NCBI GenBank assembly: GCA_001643675.2
Contig: LSRY02000003.1
Location: 1,426,001 to 1,490,000, forward strand
Source of the DNA: Monocercomonoides exilis PA203
Lineage: Eukaryota > Protista > Preaxostyla
Length of the DNA: 64,000 bases
Reading direction: 5' to 3'
The position numbers were made by a program, and so were the translations under genes. The number at the start of each line of letters is the position of its first letter. Positions within the stretch are counted from its first letter, which is position 1. Below are positions 44,533 through 57,425 of this stretch, piece after piece. Under the pieces are notes generated by a model. The model did no database searches. It was not told the DNA's origin and saw nothing but the letters and a program-made list of their open reading frames with translations.

Positions 44533-46955
44533 ATGGATTTATCGTTGTGTATGCTTTTTGAACAATTGAAAATTTAATCATCTTTATATTTTTTTATTTT
44601 TTTGCATTTTCTGTTTTGCTAAAGCTGTGCCATTTATCCCTGATTCTCCTCAAACAGAAACTCGTCTGACAAATGTGTCTTACATTTCAGGACTCGACAC
44701 AGACGACGATGAAAGCTTTATTGAATCTATCAGGCTTTTATACCACAAAATTGGCGATGATGATGCAGAAAAAGCAAAATTGTTTGGATTTAAGCTGTTG
44801 CAAATTCTTCATCAAAAATTGTGGACTGTTTCAGAAGATATACAATCAGAATTGATCACTTTTTTGATATGGTCTATTAAGTCAACTTCAAAGTGCATAC
44901 TTCCCTCAACTAGAATTGAAATTTTTAATGATTTGCTTAAAGTTTTGCTTTCTGGAATTCAACAACAATCAAGAGCTGCATCGGTAGGTTGCTATCGACT
45001 TACCAATGATGGGAAAGCTGCGCTTCCTGCATTTGTGGCAAATTCATGTTTATGTGAAAACCCAAAAGTACTATCCATGCTACCATTAGAAGGAGACTCA
45101 TTTTTTTATTTAATGGAAACAAACCTGAATTTAGCTGTCTATAGCAATATAAAGACAAAATTTGGGTCTCCTTCGCTCGTGCAGCCCGCATTTAGAAAGT
45201 CTGGGATGTGGGATTATTTGATGGAATTTGTTATGACTTGTGACGCTGAGAGTCATGCAATGACTGCAATTGACATTATGCTTCTGCTTCTAAGAGGCGT
45301 CAATGCACCTCCATCATTTGCTGTACCTCTCATCCGAATAAGAGACATTGCTTTAAGTGCGCCAATGGACGACAACAACATCAAAACGCTTTGCCATTCC
45401 ATTTATTTTTTTTCTCAGATTGAGCGTATGCTTTTTTTTTTAAATTTTCCTTTCTTTCTTTTTGATTGGAAATAATTTTGACTCAAATTTTATTATTGCC
45501 TATACTTGTTTGATAGCAAATATACAGATGCTCATTGATTGCGGATACCTTCCTCTTTTGATGATGATGCTTTTGTATGCTTTTATTTAAATTTCTATTT
45601 TTTTAGTTATTTTTATTTCATTATTTTTTCTATGTTTTTATAATTATTATAAATTCATTGAATATCAATAACTGATCATGTCGATTCTTTTATTTATCTT
45701 TTTCTCTCTATATGCATATATCTCTTCCTCTTCCTCTTCCTCTTCCTCTTCCTCTTCCTCTTCCTCTTCCTCTTCCTCTTCCTCTTCCTCTTCCTCTTCC
45801 TCTTCCTCTTCCTCTTCCTCTTCCTCTTCCTCTTCCTCTTCCTCTTCCTCTTCCTCTTCCTCTTCCTCTTCCTCTTCCTCTTCCTCTTCCTCTTCCTCTT
45901 CCTCTTCCTCTTCCTCTTCCTCTTCCTCTTCCTCTTCCTCTTCCTCTTCCTCTTCCTCTTCCTCTTCCTCTTCCTCTTCCTCTTCCTCTTCCTCTTCCTC
46001 TTCCTCTTCCTCTTCCTCTTCCTCTTCCTCTTCCTCTTCCTCTTCCTCTTCCTCTTCCTCTTCCTCTTCCTCTTCCTCTTCCTCTTCCTCTTTCTCCTTC
46101 TGCTTCTCCTACTGCTTCTCCTTCTCCTTCTCCTTCTCCTTCTCCTTCTCCTTCTCCTTCTCCTTCTCCTTCTCCTTCTCCTTCTCCTTCTCCTTCTCCT
46201 TCTCCTACAAACATACACGCTCTTTCTCTTTCCACTTCTCCAGCCACGCCGACAAGCTCACCGCGAAGAATGCCTTTGACTCGCTGTACGACATGATCGA
46301 GTTCTACCAGGACACCATCATCATCTCCCTCTTCTCCATCCTCCACTCTGAAATTCTCGACCTCATCCTCCGCACAAAACCCGAGCCGCTTCCTGAATGC
46401 GTCGCAAAGTTCAAGGAAGTGACTGTGTTTTCTGAGTCATTCATGCTGAACTATGTCCTCTACAAGTTCGAGCAGCTTCTCCCAGACGTTCTGAAGCAGC
46501 TGCAGAAGGAAGAGAGCGAGAGAGAGACAAGCGGAGAAGGGAAGATGGGGCTGCTGATGAGACTGCCGTTGATTGATGGGAATGGGCTGAATGGAGATGA
46601 ATGTGAGGGAGAGAAAGAGAGAAAGGGAATTGAAGAAGTAGAAACAGCTACTGAGAAAGAAAAGAGGCAAAGAAAGGAAGAAGAAAAGAAGAGAGAAGAA
46701 GAAATAGAAGGAGAAATAGCAGAAACAGAAGAGAAGAATGCTTCTTTCTCAGAAAGCGAAGGGAGTGTGGAACAAGTGCCGCAGATGTACAATGCGATGA
46801 AGACGACTGCTATTCGCCATTCAGGCCATTCAGTGGACGATGGCATGATGATTGAGGACTTTAAGAGCTACATCGTGTTTATCCTCACCTTCTTGAAGAC
46901 GATGAGGAATTTCGACGAGTTGTATGAGAAGGAGGAGGTTGGGGTTGAAGATTGT

Positions 46956-46989
<34 letters not shown>

Positions 46990-48445
46990 ATGATGATAAA
47001 AATGAAAAGGAAAAAAGGATAAAGAATTCTAAAACAGAAAGTGATATAGAAAAAGCAGAGAAAGGAAAAGAAGGACAAGTTCGCGACGAAAGAAAAGAAA
47101 AAGATTGTTCATTTCAAACACAAAATTCCTCCTTTGATGCACAAAATCTCACAACCACTCCGAAATTCAAGTGCCAAATCAAATGGAAAGAATTGGAAAT
47201 GAAGACGTATGCACATCTTCTTCGTTTTGTCCCTGTGCTGGTGAAGATTATGATTCTGAGCGAAAAATGGCTGCAAATCTATGCGGCTGAGCTGCTTTTG
47301 TGTATCATCATGCATCTGATGAAAGAATTAGACAAGGAAGACAAAGATGAATGGAAAAGAGAGAATGAGATGTGCAATGAAAATGACATGAAAACTGTGA
47401 ATTCAGATGAAACAGTGAACCAACAAGATGATGTGGGTTCATCTTCTTCGTCGTTTTCTTCTTCTTCATTAACATCATCCTCTTCTTCTTCATCTTATTC
47501 TTCGCTTGATTCAAAAGAAGACAATGAAGAAGATTCCATTCAAACTTTAAAAGAAACCCAATTTGGAACAAACTTTACTTGTTCAACACTTCTCACACCA
47601 CCAACAGTCATTTCGCCTTCACCAAATTCAACAAAAAATTCATCATCATCTTCTTCTTCTTCCTCTCCTTCCTCATCCTTATCTTCTTCTGCATCTGAAC
47701 CTTCTCCATCTTCCTCTTCTTCCTCTTCCACAACCAACCCCCTCCTCCCCTTTCCTTCCAACCCCTGCACTTTATCTCAGTTCATATCACTTTCTCCTTT
47801 TGATCCTTTCCTCCGCCCAACAACACACACACAACTGCGCCGCCTGCTCAACATTCTTTTTTCTGTAATCCACAACGTCTTCCTCCTCCCTTCCCTTCTT
47901 GTTCTGCAGCATTTCTCTTCTCTCTCTTCTCCTCCTTTCTTCTCCCGCTATTCTTCTTCTTCTGCTGCGTCTGCTGTGGAAGTGCTGCTCACCCTCGCTT
48001 CCGTCCCCATCTTCCCTTCTCTCGACAGCAAGCCCTCAATCGGCATTCTCCAGTTAGAAGCAGCAGGAAGCGAAGAATTGCTGTGGAGAGTGTTTGCAAT
48101 GCATTCGATAGACTCTCCTTTTTACATCCACCAGCAGTCCCCCCGCATTCAGAAGCAGACGGCGAAGCTGCTGGCGAAGATGCACAAGGCAAAGAAGCTG
48201 CCGGCAGAATACGAGCCGATTGTGGATGTGATTGTGCTCTCGATCAACTCGTCCTCTCCTGCGCATAGCTATGGATCAATCAGTGCATTGTGCTGCTTGG
48301 CGTTGTGTCCTGGTATGATTGTCTAAATAAATGAATTAATATTTTTTTTTTAAGTGTACATGTGATGATAATGAGATGTTATTGATTATATCGCTTTATT
48401 AGTGATATTTATATATTTATTGTAATTATGTTTTTTCATTATCTT

Positions 48446-48476
<31 letters not shown>

Positions 48477-49774
48477 TTTTTTTGTTTGTAATCATTCTTT
48501 TTTTCCCTTAATATTTTGTTTTTATTTCTTCATTCTCCAATGAATTAATAATTATGATATTTATTCCTCTTATTCTTTCCCCCATCCCCCTTCCTTCTCT
48601 CTCCAAATTTTCCCCAGAAAACATCAACTTGATACTTTCACGCAACATTTTCAGTGCGATGATTGATTGGTTTTGGATATACAACCCATTCTATCTCTTC
48701 TACGCCATCTGCTTTGTGGAGCTTGTCTTCTTCCCTGGCAAATACACAAAACATTCAGAAAACTCACTAAAAGGAGAAAATGAAGAGAATGAGAGTGTGA
48801 ATGGAAATATGAATGGAACAAGAACTGGAAATAAATCTTCTGACAATAGAAATTCTTCTTCTTCCTCTTCTTCTTCCTCTTCCTTATATTCTTCATCTTC
48901 CACAACTTCAGCTTCTTCTTCTCCTTCTTCTCTCAACACACCAGACATTTCATCTTCTTATAAATCATCCAATTCCACATCAACTTCTCATCTTTCTCCA
49001 TCTTTTGTCTCAAACAATAAAACAAGTGAATCTTCTCATTCTTCACTTCATCCTCTTTCATCAAACGATATCCAATCAAATCAATTTTCTTCATCCACAC
49101 AGTTTTCTTCTTCTTCCTCTTCTTCTCCCTCTCTTCCCCCTCCATCCACTCCAAATAACTTCTCCAACCTCTCCAACCTCTCCAACCTTCTTCCTTCATC
49201 TATTTCTTCATCTATTTCTTCATCTATTTCTTCATCCATCTCCTCTGAATATGATTCCATTGTCGATGCTGCCACAATGTCTGTCTGTGATGCTGGTGTT
49301 GATGTGGCATTGGAGGCAATCTTAACACGATGGGATCATCCAATGTACACCCTCTATTACAACAAGGAAGGAAAGGGAAAGAAATCTCATTCATTTAATG
49401 ATGATGAAGCTTCTTCTAATTCTTCTTCAAATTCTTCTTCTTCCTCATCTCCCTCATCTCCCTCATCATCCTCTTCCTCTTCCTCCCCCTCTTCCTCTTC
49501 TCCCCCATCTCCATCTCTTCCATCTCTCTCTTCCCCTCTTCCTGTCTCTGCCTCCTTCCCTCCTCTTTCAGAGCAGGAAAAGCTGCTCCATCCGTTCTAC
49601 TACCGCACTCCCAGAGATCTTATGATGGATTCTGAGCCACTTTATAACTACTTCTCTAACACCAGTGTGAAAAGAAATAGAAAGATTTTGAATATCATCA
49701 GGAGAAAAATAGAGGCGATTCTGCTTGTGATAAAGGAGAGGAAAGAAAAACTTGGGATTTCAAGAAACTCTTGA
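44533..49774 (+). CDS. Large ARM/HEAT-like helical repeat protein with Ser/Glu-rich insertions, multi-exon
   Basis: Inferred GT-AG introns 44549-44624, ~45426-45516, 45575-46243 and 48313-48617 join the ORF pieces in frame. Helical segments such as ISALCCLALCPENINLILSRNIFSAMIDWF. Confidence 0.65.
45722..46206. repeat. Compound polypyrimidine microsatellite, (TCTTCC)~61 then (TTCTCC)n, intronic
   Basis: Perfect hexamer run 45722-46090, then a variant hexamer to 46206. Lies inside the inferred intron 45575-46243. Confidence 0.95.
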
Positions 49775-50090
49775 AAATTTGGATTTGTTAAGTGAGTGTA
49801 AGTTAAATGAAACATTATTTGATAAGCATTTTAAAAAATTTTTGTAAAAGAATTAATGTTGGCTATTTATTTGAGATGTTGTTATTTTTTCCATTCAGTG
49901 TTTTAAAGCTGATATTTCGCTTTTTTTATTAACTTAGTAATTAATGATCTTTTCATTGTTTACGATAAAACAGATAAAAAAATTTGTCAAAAGTAAATAC
50001 TTTCAAAAATATACGGGACTGATCAAAAAAGAATTGGTAAAAAGTTCTTTTATTAATTGGCAAAGATAGATAGACATCAGCGGCTTCATT

Positions 50091-51710
50091 ATGGATCCGT
50101 ATCTCAGGTGTCTAATTGTCAATCATTTTTTCATAATTTCTAAGTTTATAATTATTACAAAATTTGACATGATTTTTATTTGTTCCTTTTTCATGCCACA
50201 TCTTGCTTTAAATAAATTAAATTCTGCCCAGGCAACAGATGCTCCAAGCATCGTTAGAATATTCAAGTAAAAAACCTCAGCAATCAACAAACACAAAAGC
50301 TTCAAGGCCATCTCTTCGAATTGATTTTGATGCAGAAGATGATCCATTTGAATTACTCGAGTTAATTGAATCAGCTCCAAAACCTTCTTTCGAACGTAAT
50401 ATGAAAGAGTCTCCAGCTAGCTCCTTTTTTCATTCGATTCAATCACCTCCTCAATCCTTTTCTCCATTCGCAAAGAAGCATAACGATATTCGCATAATTT
50501 CTCATTCTGAAAAATTCAAAAAACTCCGTCAAGAAAGTTCGGAGTGCCAGAGAATTGAGGTATCCAGAAGAGAGCAGCTTCAATTTCAAGCTCAGCAGGT
50601 ATTTTCTTTTTTATCAATTGGAATAAAAAATATGAGAAAATGATTGATAGTTTCAAGCTATCCAAAAAGAGGGAAAAATAAAGGCTGATTCAAAATGTTG
50701 TAATTGTAGGTGTGCAGTGTCTCTTATTTTATGTTGTAAAAAATGGTTTCTTTTTTTTAGGCAGTCGTTTTCACTCTTTAGTACAAAAGTTATATGCTGC
50801 GCTTGCAATTGCACTTTTTGTTCATCTTGTATCGGAAACATGGGAATTTCAGTGGAACCCACATTTACGGTGAGAGAAAGACAACGAAGTATAATTATTG
50901 TTGTTTTGCTTTGAAATTATATTTTTTGTTTTTTTAAAAAAATTGTTCAAATATTCATAATTATTCAATGTTCATTCACTTATCATATATCAGATGATCA
51001 GCCTTGCTGCGAAATATGTGCCAACTTGTTGGGATCACTCCTCAGAATGAATGAAATTATGAAAATCAAACGTGGTTTGTTTTCAATTCTAATTTTTTTT
51101 TTGAACACAATTTAAAAATTTTTGATAATCTTAGAAAAAAAGCCAAATTTAATAGAAAACACGTTTATTCATCTTCGCGGAACAGAAAAAGAAGTGGAAA
51201 GCGCGTTAGAAAGGCAGAAATATTCTGCGTATTCCTCCGCAAAGTCCAGCAAAGTCAGTGCTCACACTGCAATGCAGTCTCATTCATTGCTGTTGAGAGA
51301 AGTGAAAGCGACTCTGCCACGCCGGAAGGAAGAGCTGAACGGGAGAGACTTCTTTCTGTTGTCGCAACTCGTACGCGTCTTCGAAGTACGCTGCACAGAG
51401 CTCGAAAAGAAAATAAAGCAGAACAGCGGAGGCGCAGGTTGAATCTGTTGGATGAATTTAAATTGATGTTATTCTGATCGAGCTGAGTCCTGTTCATTGT
51501 AAAAAAAAAATACATATTTGTTATTGCTTCCATATTTTTGTTGACTGAGAGTGTACTTCCTTTGAATACTTTTGCTTTTTATTGACTTTTGGTAAAACAG
51601 ATGGCATTGGCTTTTTTCTTCTGAAAAAGAGTGTATTGACTTCTTTTTTGAGTTCATTTAAAGGTCAATGGATTGCGAAGCGTAAAGTGTCGTCTTTCTT
51701 TTTAATATAA
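50091..51710 (+). CDS. Protein with a degenerate FYVE-type zinc finger and coiled coil, multi-exon
   Basis: Spliced: KCCNCRQSFSLFSTKVICCACNCTFCSSC...PCCEICANL, an 8-Cys FYVE-like spacing that lacks the R(R/K)HHCR patch. Five GT-AG introns inferred. Confidence 0.65.
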
Positions 51711-51748
51711 AGATTTTTATAGTTGAATGACATAAGTGGTTATTCCTT

Positions 51749-53673
51749 TTATGTGCATTGCGGATTCGTAAGTTGCTGGATGAATTGAAGTTTTGACAAT
51801 GAAAATGGAGAAGTTACCTCAAAAATTGGTGATAAAGGGAAAACTGACTCCGAAGGCGAAGAAAGAGGATAAAGTTGTAGATCACCCAAAAGAGATGCAT
51901 TGATGAGTTTTCGCTCCGAAAAAGAAAATGATGAATATGAGACAACAACGCAACGATATCCCTCCTTTGAAGAAGGCTTGATCGCGGAGGAAGATTGTGA
52001 AGTAGATGGAGATAATAATGTATCATTGCGAGAAAAATTAATGGGATACAGTGCCTGTGTTAATTGAGAAGATGAATCTTGCTTGCAGGATGTGTCCAAA
52101 TCTTCCTCGATATCCATTCGATCATCGTTTGTTTCAAGTTCGACTTCCATTGAAGGCTGCTCAATTATTCCAACACAAATTGGCGGGGAATCGGACGTAT
52201 AAAGATGACAGTCTGATGAAAGCAGGAGAATTCCAATGTACAGCGGAAATCGTGCTGCAAGTGGTGATGGAACAGTTTCCTGGTGGGAATATCCCATTTC
52301 GAGTGGAGTTTTCATTTCGCTCATTTCAGAGTGAATCATTGGCGCACTTTGAAAGAGGCTTGATGCTGAATAGATTGACGATTCAGAAGTTGCTGACGTT
52401 TGACGTAAATGAAAGCCTGCGAGCAAACTGGAAGAAGTTTGTGGAGCAGATGTTGATAGTGAGCTTTTATGATCAAATTTGATTCCACTCATTAAATTTG
52501 CTGTCGGAGAGTTTGATGAATCTAGCTGTATAAATGAAAAGCTCGAAAAAAGAAGTGAAAATGGAGTTGTCCCGAAATCATAAGCACTGGATTTGTGCAC
52601 GAACAGAAATAATGGAGAGCATAATACAGGGAAAAGTAATGATTTGTCATTTTTGCTGTTATCAACATTTGTACAATTCAGAAAAAATGGAAGCATGGAA
52701 TTATCAAATGCTTCTTCGCTTTGAGAAGCCTTTTGTTTAGTTTCTTTCGTGAATAATTCAAATTCCACGAGTTTTATCTTTATTTGCCCAATCTGTTCGC
52801 AATCAAAACAATGACCTTCAAGCTGTTAAGTTTTAGAAAAGTGTTTCAAATAATGATGATTAAAAACCTCAGAATATTTGCTATTTAGCATCCAAATCCT
52901 CATTTCTGCCGAACACTCATTAAATATTTGACCGTTCCACGCCAAGATGTCTAAAATCCAAATTGTTTTCTCTTTTTCTGACCACAAGCAATCAAGCAAG
53001 CAATTCCCCTCTGAATACAAAATTGAAAAATAAAAATGTTATAATTATTATTATTATATCGATCCAATTCAATAGCATTGAAAAATATATAATAGTTAAA
53101 TAAAATCAGACTTTTGCGTCTGTATGATCCACCAGGAAAAATACTATCGAAATCAATATCTTTTGATGATGATGATGTTTTCTTGGATTTTTCATCATGA
53201 AGTTGTACGTTTATCAAATGTGTAATTCCATTTTCAGATCTAAGAATACATCGGACCCCTTTTGGGACTTGGGCAAACATCCAATTTTCTTCTAAATCTT
53301 CTGGTATTTCAAGCATCCATTCAGGTTGCATCGGCGAAAATAACAAATAATCGCAAATTGCTGTAACCGAATTAAAAGTATGTGAAACACTTGTTTCAGA
53401 CAGTATAACATATGAATCATTTTCTGACTGGCTGGAAATTTCTATAATATTATCTGATTTCTTGTGAGTATCACTGATTCGTTCATCGCATTGTTCAAGG
53501 TATTCCAACCTCAATTCTTTCAATGTTTGTTTTTTCTTTAATGCACTTTTTTTGTATCTCTCCTTTCTTCTTTGTTCCTGAGTTATGTATCTTTTTAATG
53601 AAAAGGCAAGTTTGCGCTTTTCAATAAGGCTAAGTTTTTTCCTTAATGGAAAGTTTAAATCAAATTCATCCAT
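51749..53673 (-). CDS. SNUPN: Snurportin-1 (m3G-cap snRNP import adaptor) with an extended C-terminus
   Basis: QEQRRK (IBB-like), MQPEWMLEIPEDLEENWMFAQVPKGVRC, SIFPGGS, CLLDCLWSE..IWILDILAWNG..ECSAEMRIWMLNSK and LFVHKSSAYDFGTTP. Two GT-AG introns. Confidence 0.88.
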
Positions 53674-54587
53674 GTTCAATTTATGATGAACAAAAATTTT
53701 CTTTAATTGAACAGCAGATAAGATTTCTTTTTGATTGAAAATTGATTTTAAAATATAATATTTCAGATCAATTTTCTTCACAAAAACTTCAAGTCTTTTT
53801 TTTGAAAATTTTAATGAAAATTTTATTAAATATATAATATAAATCTTGGATTCACAAAATTATAATGTGATTGTTTTATAATTGTTCAAAAAAGAAATTC
53901 TCACTTGACTTTTTTTTTTGATTTATTTTTTCATTTTCAGTTAATAATCGCACACAACAAAAATGTTGAAGCATATTCATTTGTGATCGAAATTGATATT
54001 AAAACGTATTCTTCTTTTTTTGAAGAGTTTGTTTTTCTTCAATCAATTTTCTCATGCAAAATTTTATATTTTTAGAACAAATAACAAAATAAAAAATAGT
54101 CCATTTTTTGACATAAGCGAAATGTTACAACACTTCATGTTATGATAACAACGATGCCTGTTGACAAATATGAAAATCATATTTATTTTGAAATCTGAGG
54201 AAGTGAAATAAAGTTTTGAGTGAAGTAATTTTTATGTGTTTTGTGCAAAAAAAGCTTGAAAGTCCTATTTTCCCCCATTTTATTTAAAAAAAAAAGTTTA
54301 AGTCTTTTCTTTTGCTTTTCTTTTCTTTTTTTGAAAAGTTCCTTTTGTTTTATTTTCAAAAAAAAATAATAATTTCATATTTTCATCATATTTCTGTTCC
54401 TACTCACGAATTTTCATTAAAATTGAAGCAAAACCTCAAATAATGTTAAAATTATCATTACAGTGAAGTTACATAAGTGTGAACAGAAATTTGATGCAAA
54501 AAATGAAATTTTTGTTCTATTTGAAAATTTAACAAAAGGAACTTGTCAAAAAAAATCAGCCAATTTATATTGTAATCTGAAAATATA

Positions 54588-56085
54588 AAGGGTTGCACTT
54601 TTTCATCTGACATCTTTTTCACCCCCCAACCCACACACACACCCTTTTTTTGTGGAGCTGGCTACGGCTTAACACAAGCTCGTAACCAACAAAAAATAAC
54701 TAGATACGTTTATTTTAATATTATTAAACTTATGCAGAAAATATTTTAAAGAAAAATATTTCACTTAAAAATCTCGGTATTTTTTCATTTTATTTTTTGA
54801 TTACAAAATTGATGGTCTTTCCATGAATATAACATTCTGGAAGTTTTAAGCTACATCAACTTAACTCCTCATATCCTTTTTATTGGTTTTATAACTTTTC
54901 ACATTTCATAAGTTTCTTTTTCACCTGTTTTCTCATTTCATCGACTTTTCGGAAAAATGAAATTATTATACGAATGATGAATTCTTGAAAAAAATAATTA
55001 TGATTATCCTTAATACACCAAAAATTATTCAAGATCGAAAAACTTTAATTCAACATCGAAATTAATTATTCGAAATCGAAAAAGAAGATAATAAGTTCAG
55101 AATTTCAATTAAAGTCAAAATTAAAAAAGTTTAATTGAAACAAATGTTAATTGTGACAAATGTTTATTTATAGGAAATGTTTTTCTTTCGTTTTTAACAA
55201 CTGTTTTCCATGATTAAGACTGATGTCATTCGATTCTTTTCTCATTTTGAATATTGAAAATGTTTAATTTTATCAGTTTCAAATGCAATAAATGAAATTC
55301 AAAACATTTTATTTTCAGTAAATGAAATGAATTTTTGTATTTAAGTGCACAAAACAAGATCATGAATTATCCTATCACTTTTATTTTTTGCAAAAATTGT
55401 TTATTTTATTCTGAGCACATGTTAAGAGTCAAAAAATAATATTCTATTTTTTCTTATTCATTCTATTGAACACAACCAAACACCAAAAAAACAACAAAAA
55501 ATATTTTTCTGATTGAAATTGACAAATTTCTCAGATCTTGCTTTGAAATAAAAGTAACTGATATGAGTATGAATTTTTAGGTTTTTTTCAAAATATTTGA
55601 TGACAAAGAATATTCGATGTTGAATTAAAGTTTTTCGATCTTGAATAATTTTTGGTGTATTAAGGATAATCATAATTATTTTTTTCAAGAATTCATCATT
55701 CGTATAATAATTTCATTTTTCCGAAAAGTCGATGAAATGAGAAAACAGGTGAAAAAGAAACTTATGAAATGTGAAAAGTTATAAAACCAATAAAAAGGAT
55801 ATGAGGAGTTAAGTTGATGTAGCTTAAAACTTCCAGAATGTTATATTCATGGAAAGACCATCAATTTTGTAATCAAAAAATAAAATGAAAAAATACCGAG
55901 ATTTTTAAGTGAAATATTTTTCTTTAAAATATTTTCTGCATAAGTTTAATAATATTAAAATAAACGTATCTAGTTATTTTTTGTTGGTTACGAGCTTGTG
56001 TTAAGCCGTAGCCAGCTCCACAAAAAAAGGGTGTGTGTGTGGGTTGGGGGGTGAAAAAGAGGTCAGAGGAAAAAGTGCAACCCTT
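54588..56085. mobile_element. Foldback-like element: 473-bp inverted arms with a 552-bp non-coding spacer
   Basis: Arms 54588-55060 and 55613-56085 are reverse complements, with 2 mismatches seen near the outer end. Ends read AAGGGTTGCAC...GTGCAACCCTT. No TSD found. Confidence 0.8.
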
Positions 56086-57425
56086 GTAAAGAAATGAGTT
56101 AATCCATTTATTTTTGTGCTTTGAGCAAAAAAAGCTTTAAAGTTTGAATTAGCACCCATATTCTATTGCAAATAAAGAATATAAGGAAAAGTCATAAAGA
56201 AAATATTCTGTATAATGTTTGTATGAAAAAAAAAATCGGAAGGGAACCGAGATTTAAAAACAATCTTCATTGAATGAATAAAACACTCAACTGAATTTTT
56301 AATTCAACGACTTTCAATGAACAAAGTTAAAAATACAGTTTTTATGAATCATTTGAACAAATGATATAGATAATATCAAAAAAGTCAATTTGAAGACACA
56401 AAATTAGAAGTGAACAATACAAAAATATTGTTGAATACAGAAATAGATTTCTTCATGTTTTTGAATTCCATTCACTGAAATGTTTTTATTTACGATTTTT
56501 TCTGGTTTTGATAGTTTTGATTTTTTGATGATCAATGATAAATCTTCCATGAGTTTTTGGCCAGGATGAAAAAGAAATTTCATTTGGATGTTTTTCACTC
56601 AGAAAACACAAGAAAACTGAGAGGCTTAAAAAAAATAAAAAAAATACTATTTCACAATAGAATAACTTTTTTACTTAAAAAATCTTGAATGAAAACAAAT
56701 TGATGTGGCTGAAATTTTTAAAGAAAAATTATAGGTTCAAAATTCAATTAATTCATTTTTGACTCTTGAATGTTTCAATGTTGAAACTTTGTGACAGAAA
56801 TAGCTCAAAAAGATTAAAAATGAGTCGATAATAGCAAGGTATTTCTGTGTGAAAAAGAAACAAACTATTCAATAGCAATAACATTTTTAATCCTGAAACA
56901 TAATTTTTGATTATCTTTTGAAATGGTAAGTTAAAGGACATCAGAGAAAAAAAGTTTTGAAAGTGAAAAACAAACAAACAAAAAAATATACATGAAACTC
57001 TGAAATGTGAAATCAACAAACATATTCAAAGTCATTGGCACAAAATATTCATTGGGAGATAAGAAAACAAAGTTGTTTTGTTCTTATCATAAATGAAGTT
57101 CTTTGTACGGAAAAAAGGCGATAAGAATGCTTTGTGATTATTCATGGATTTGTTCCAATGGATATTTGAGACAAATTTTTTGATGCTTCAATTGAATAAA
57201 AAATTATTCCTCAAATAACTTACACACATTGAAAAAGTCATCGCACATTTCGTGCTCTCTCCCTCTTTCTTTTCATATTCCATCGCATGCTCATCCAAAT
57301 GCAACCTTCCAAAGAAAATAACTCATTGCAGAAATATGTTCTTTGTTTTTCATTCTCAATCTGATTAGAAATATTGAACGAAAAAGTTTGTTCAACTCAA
57401 ATAAATTTCTGTAATGTATCTGTAA

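Noticed and set aside
45678-46346. ORFs with poly-Ser, (LP)n, (RK)n or (GR)n
   Set aside because: They are translations of the hexamer microsatellite, which lies inside a GT-AG intron (45575-46243).
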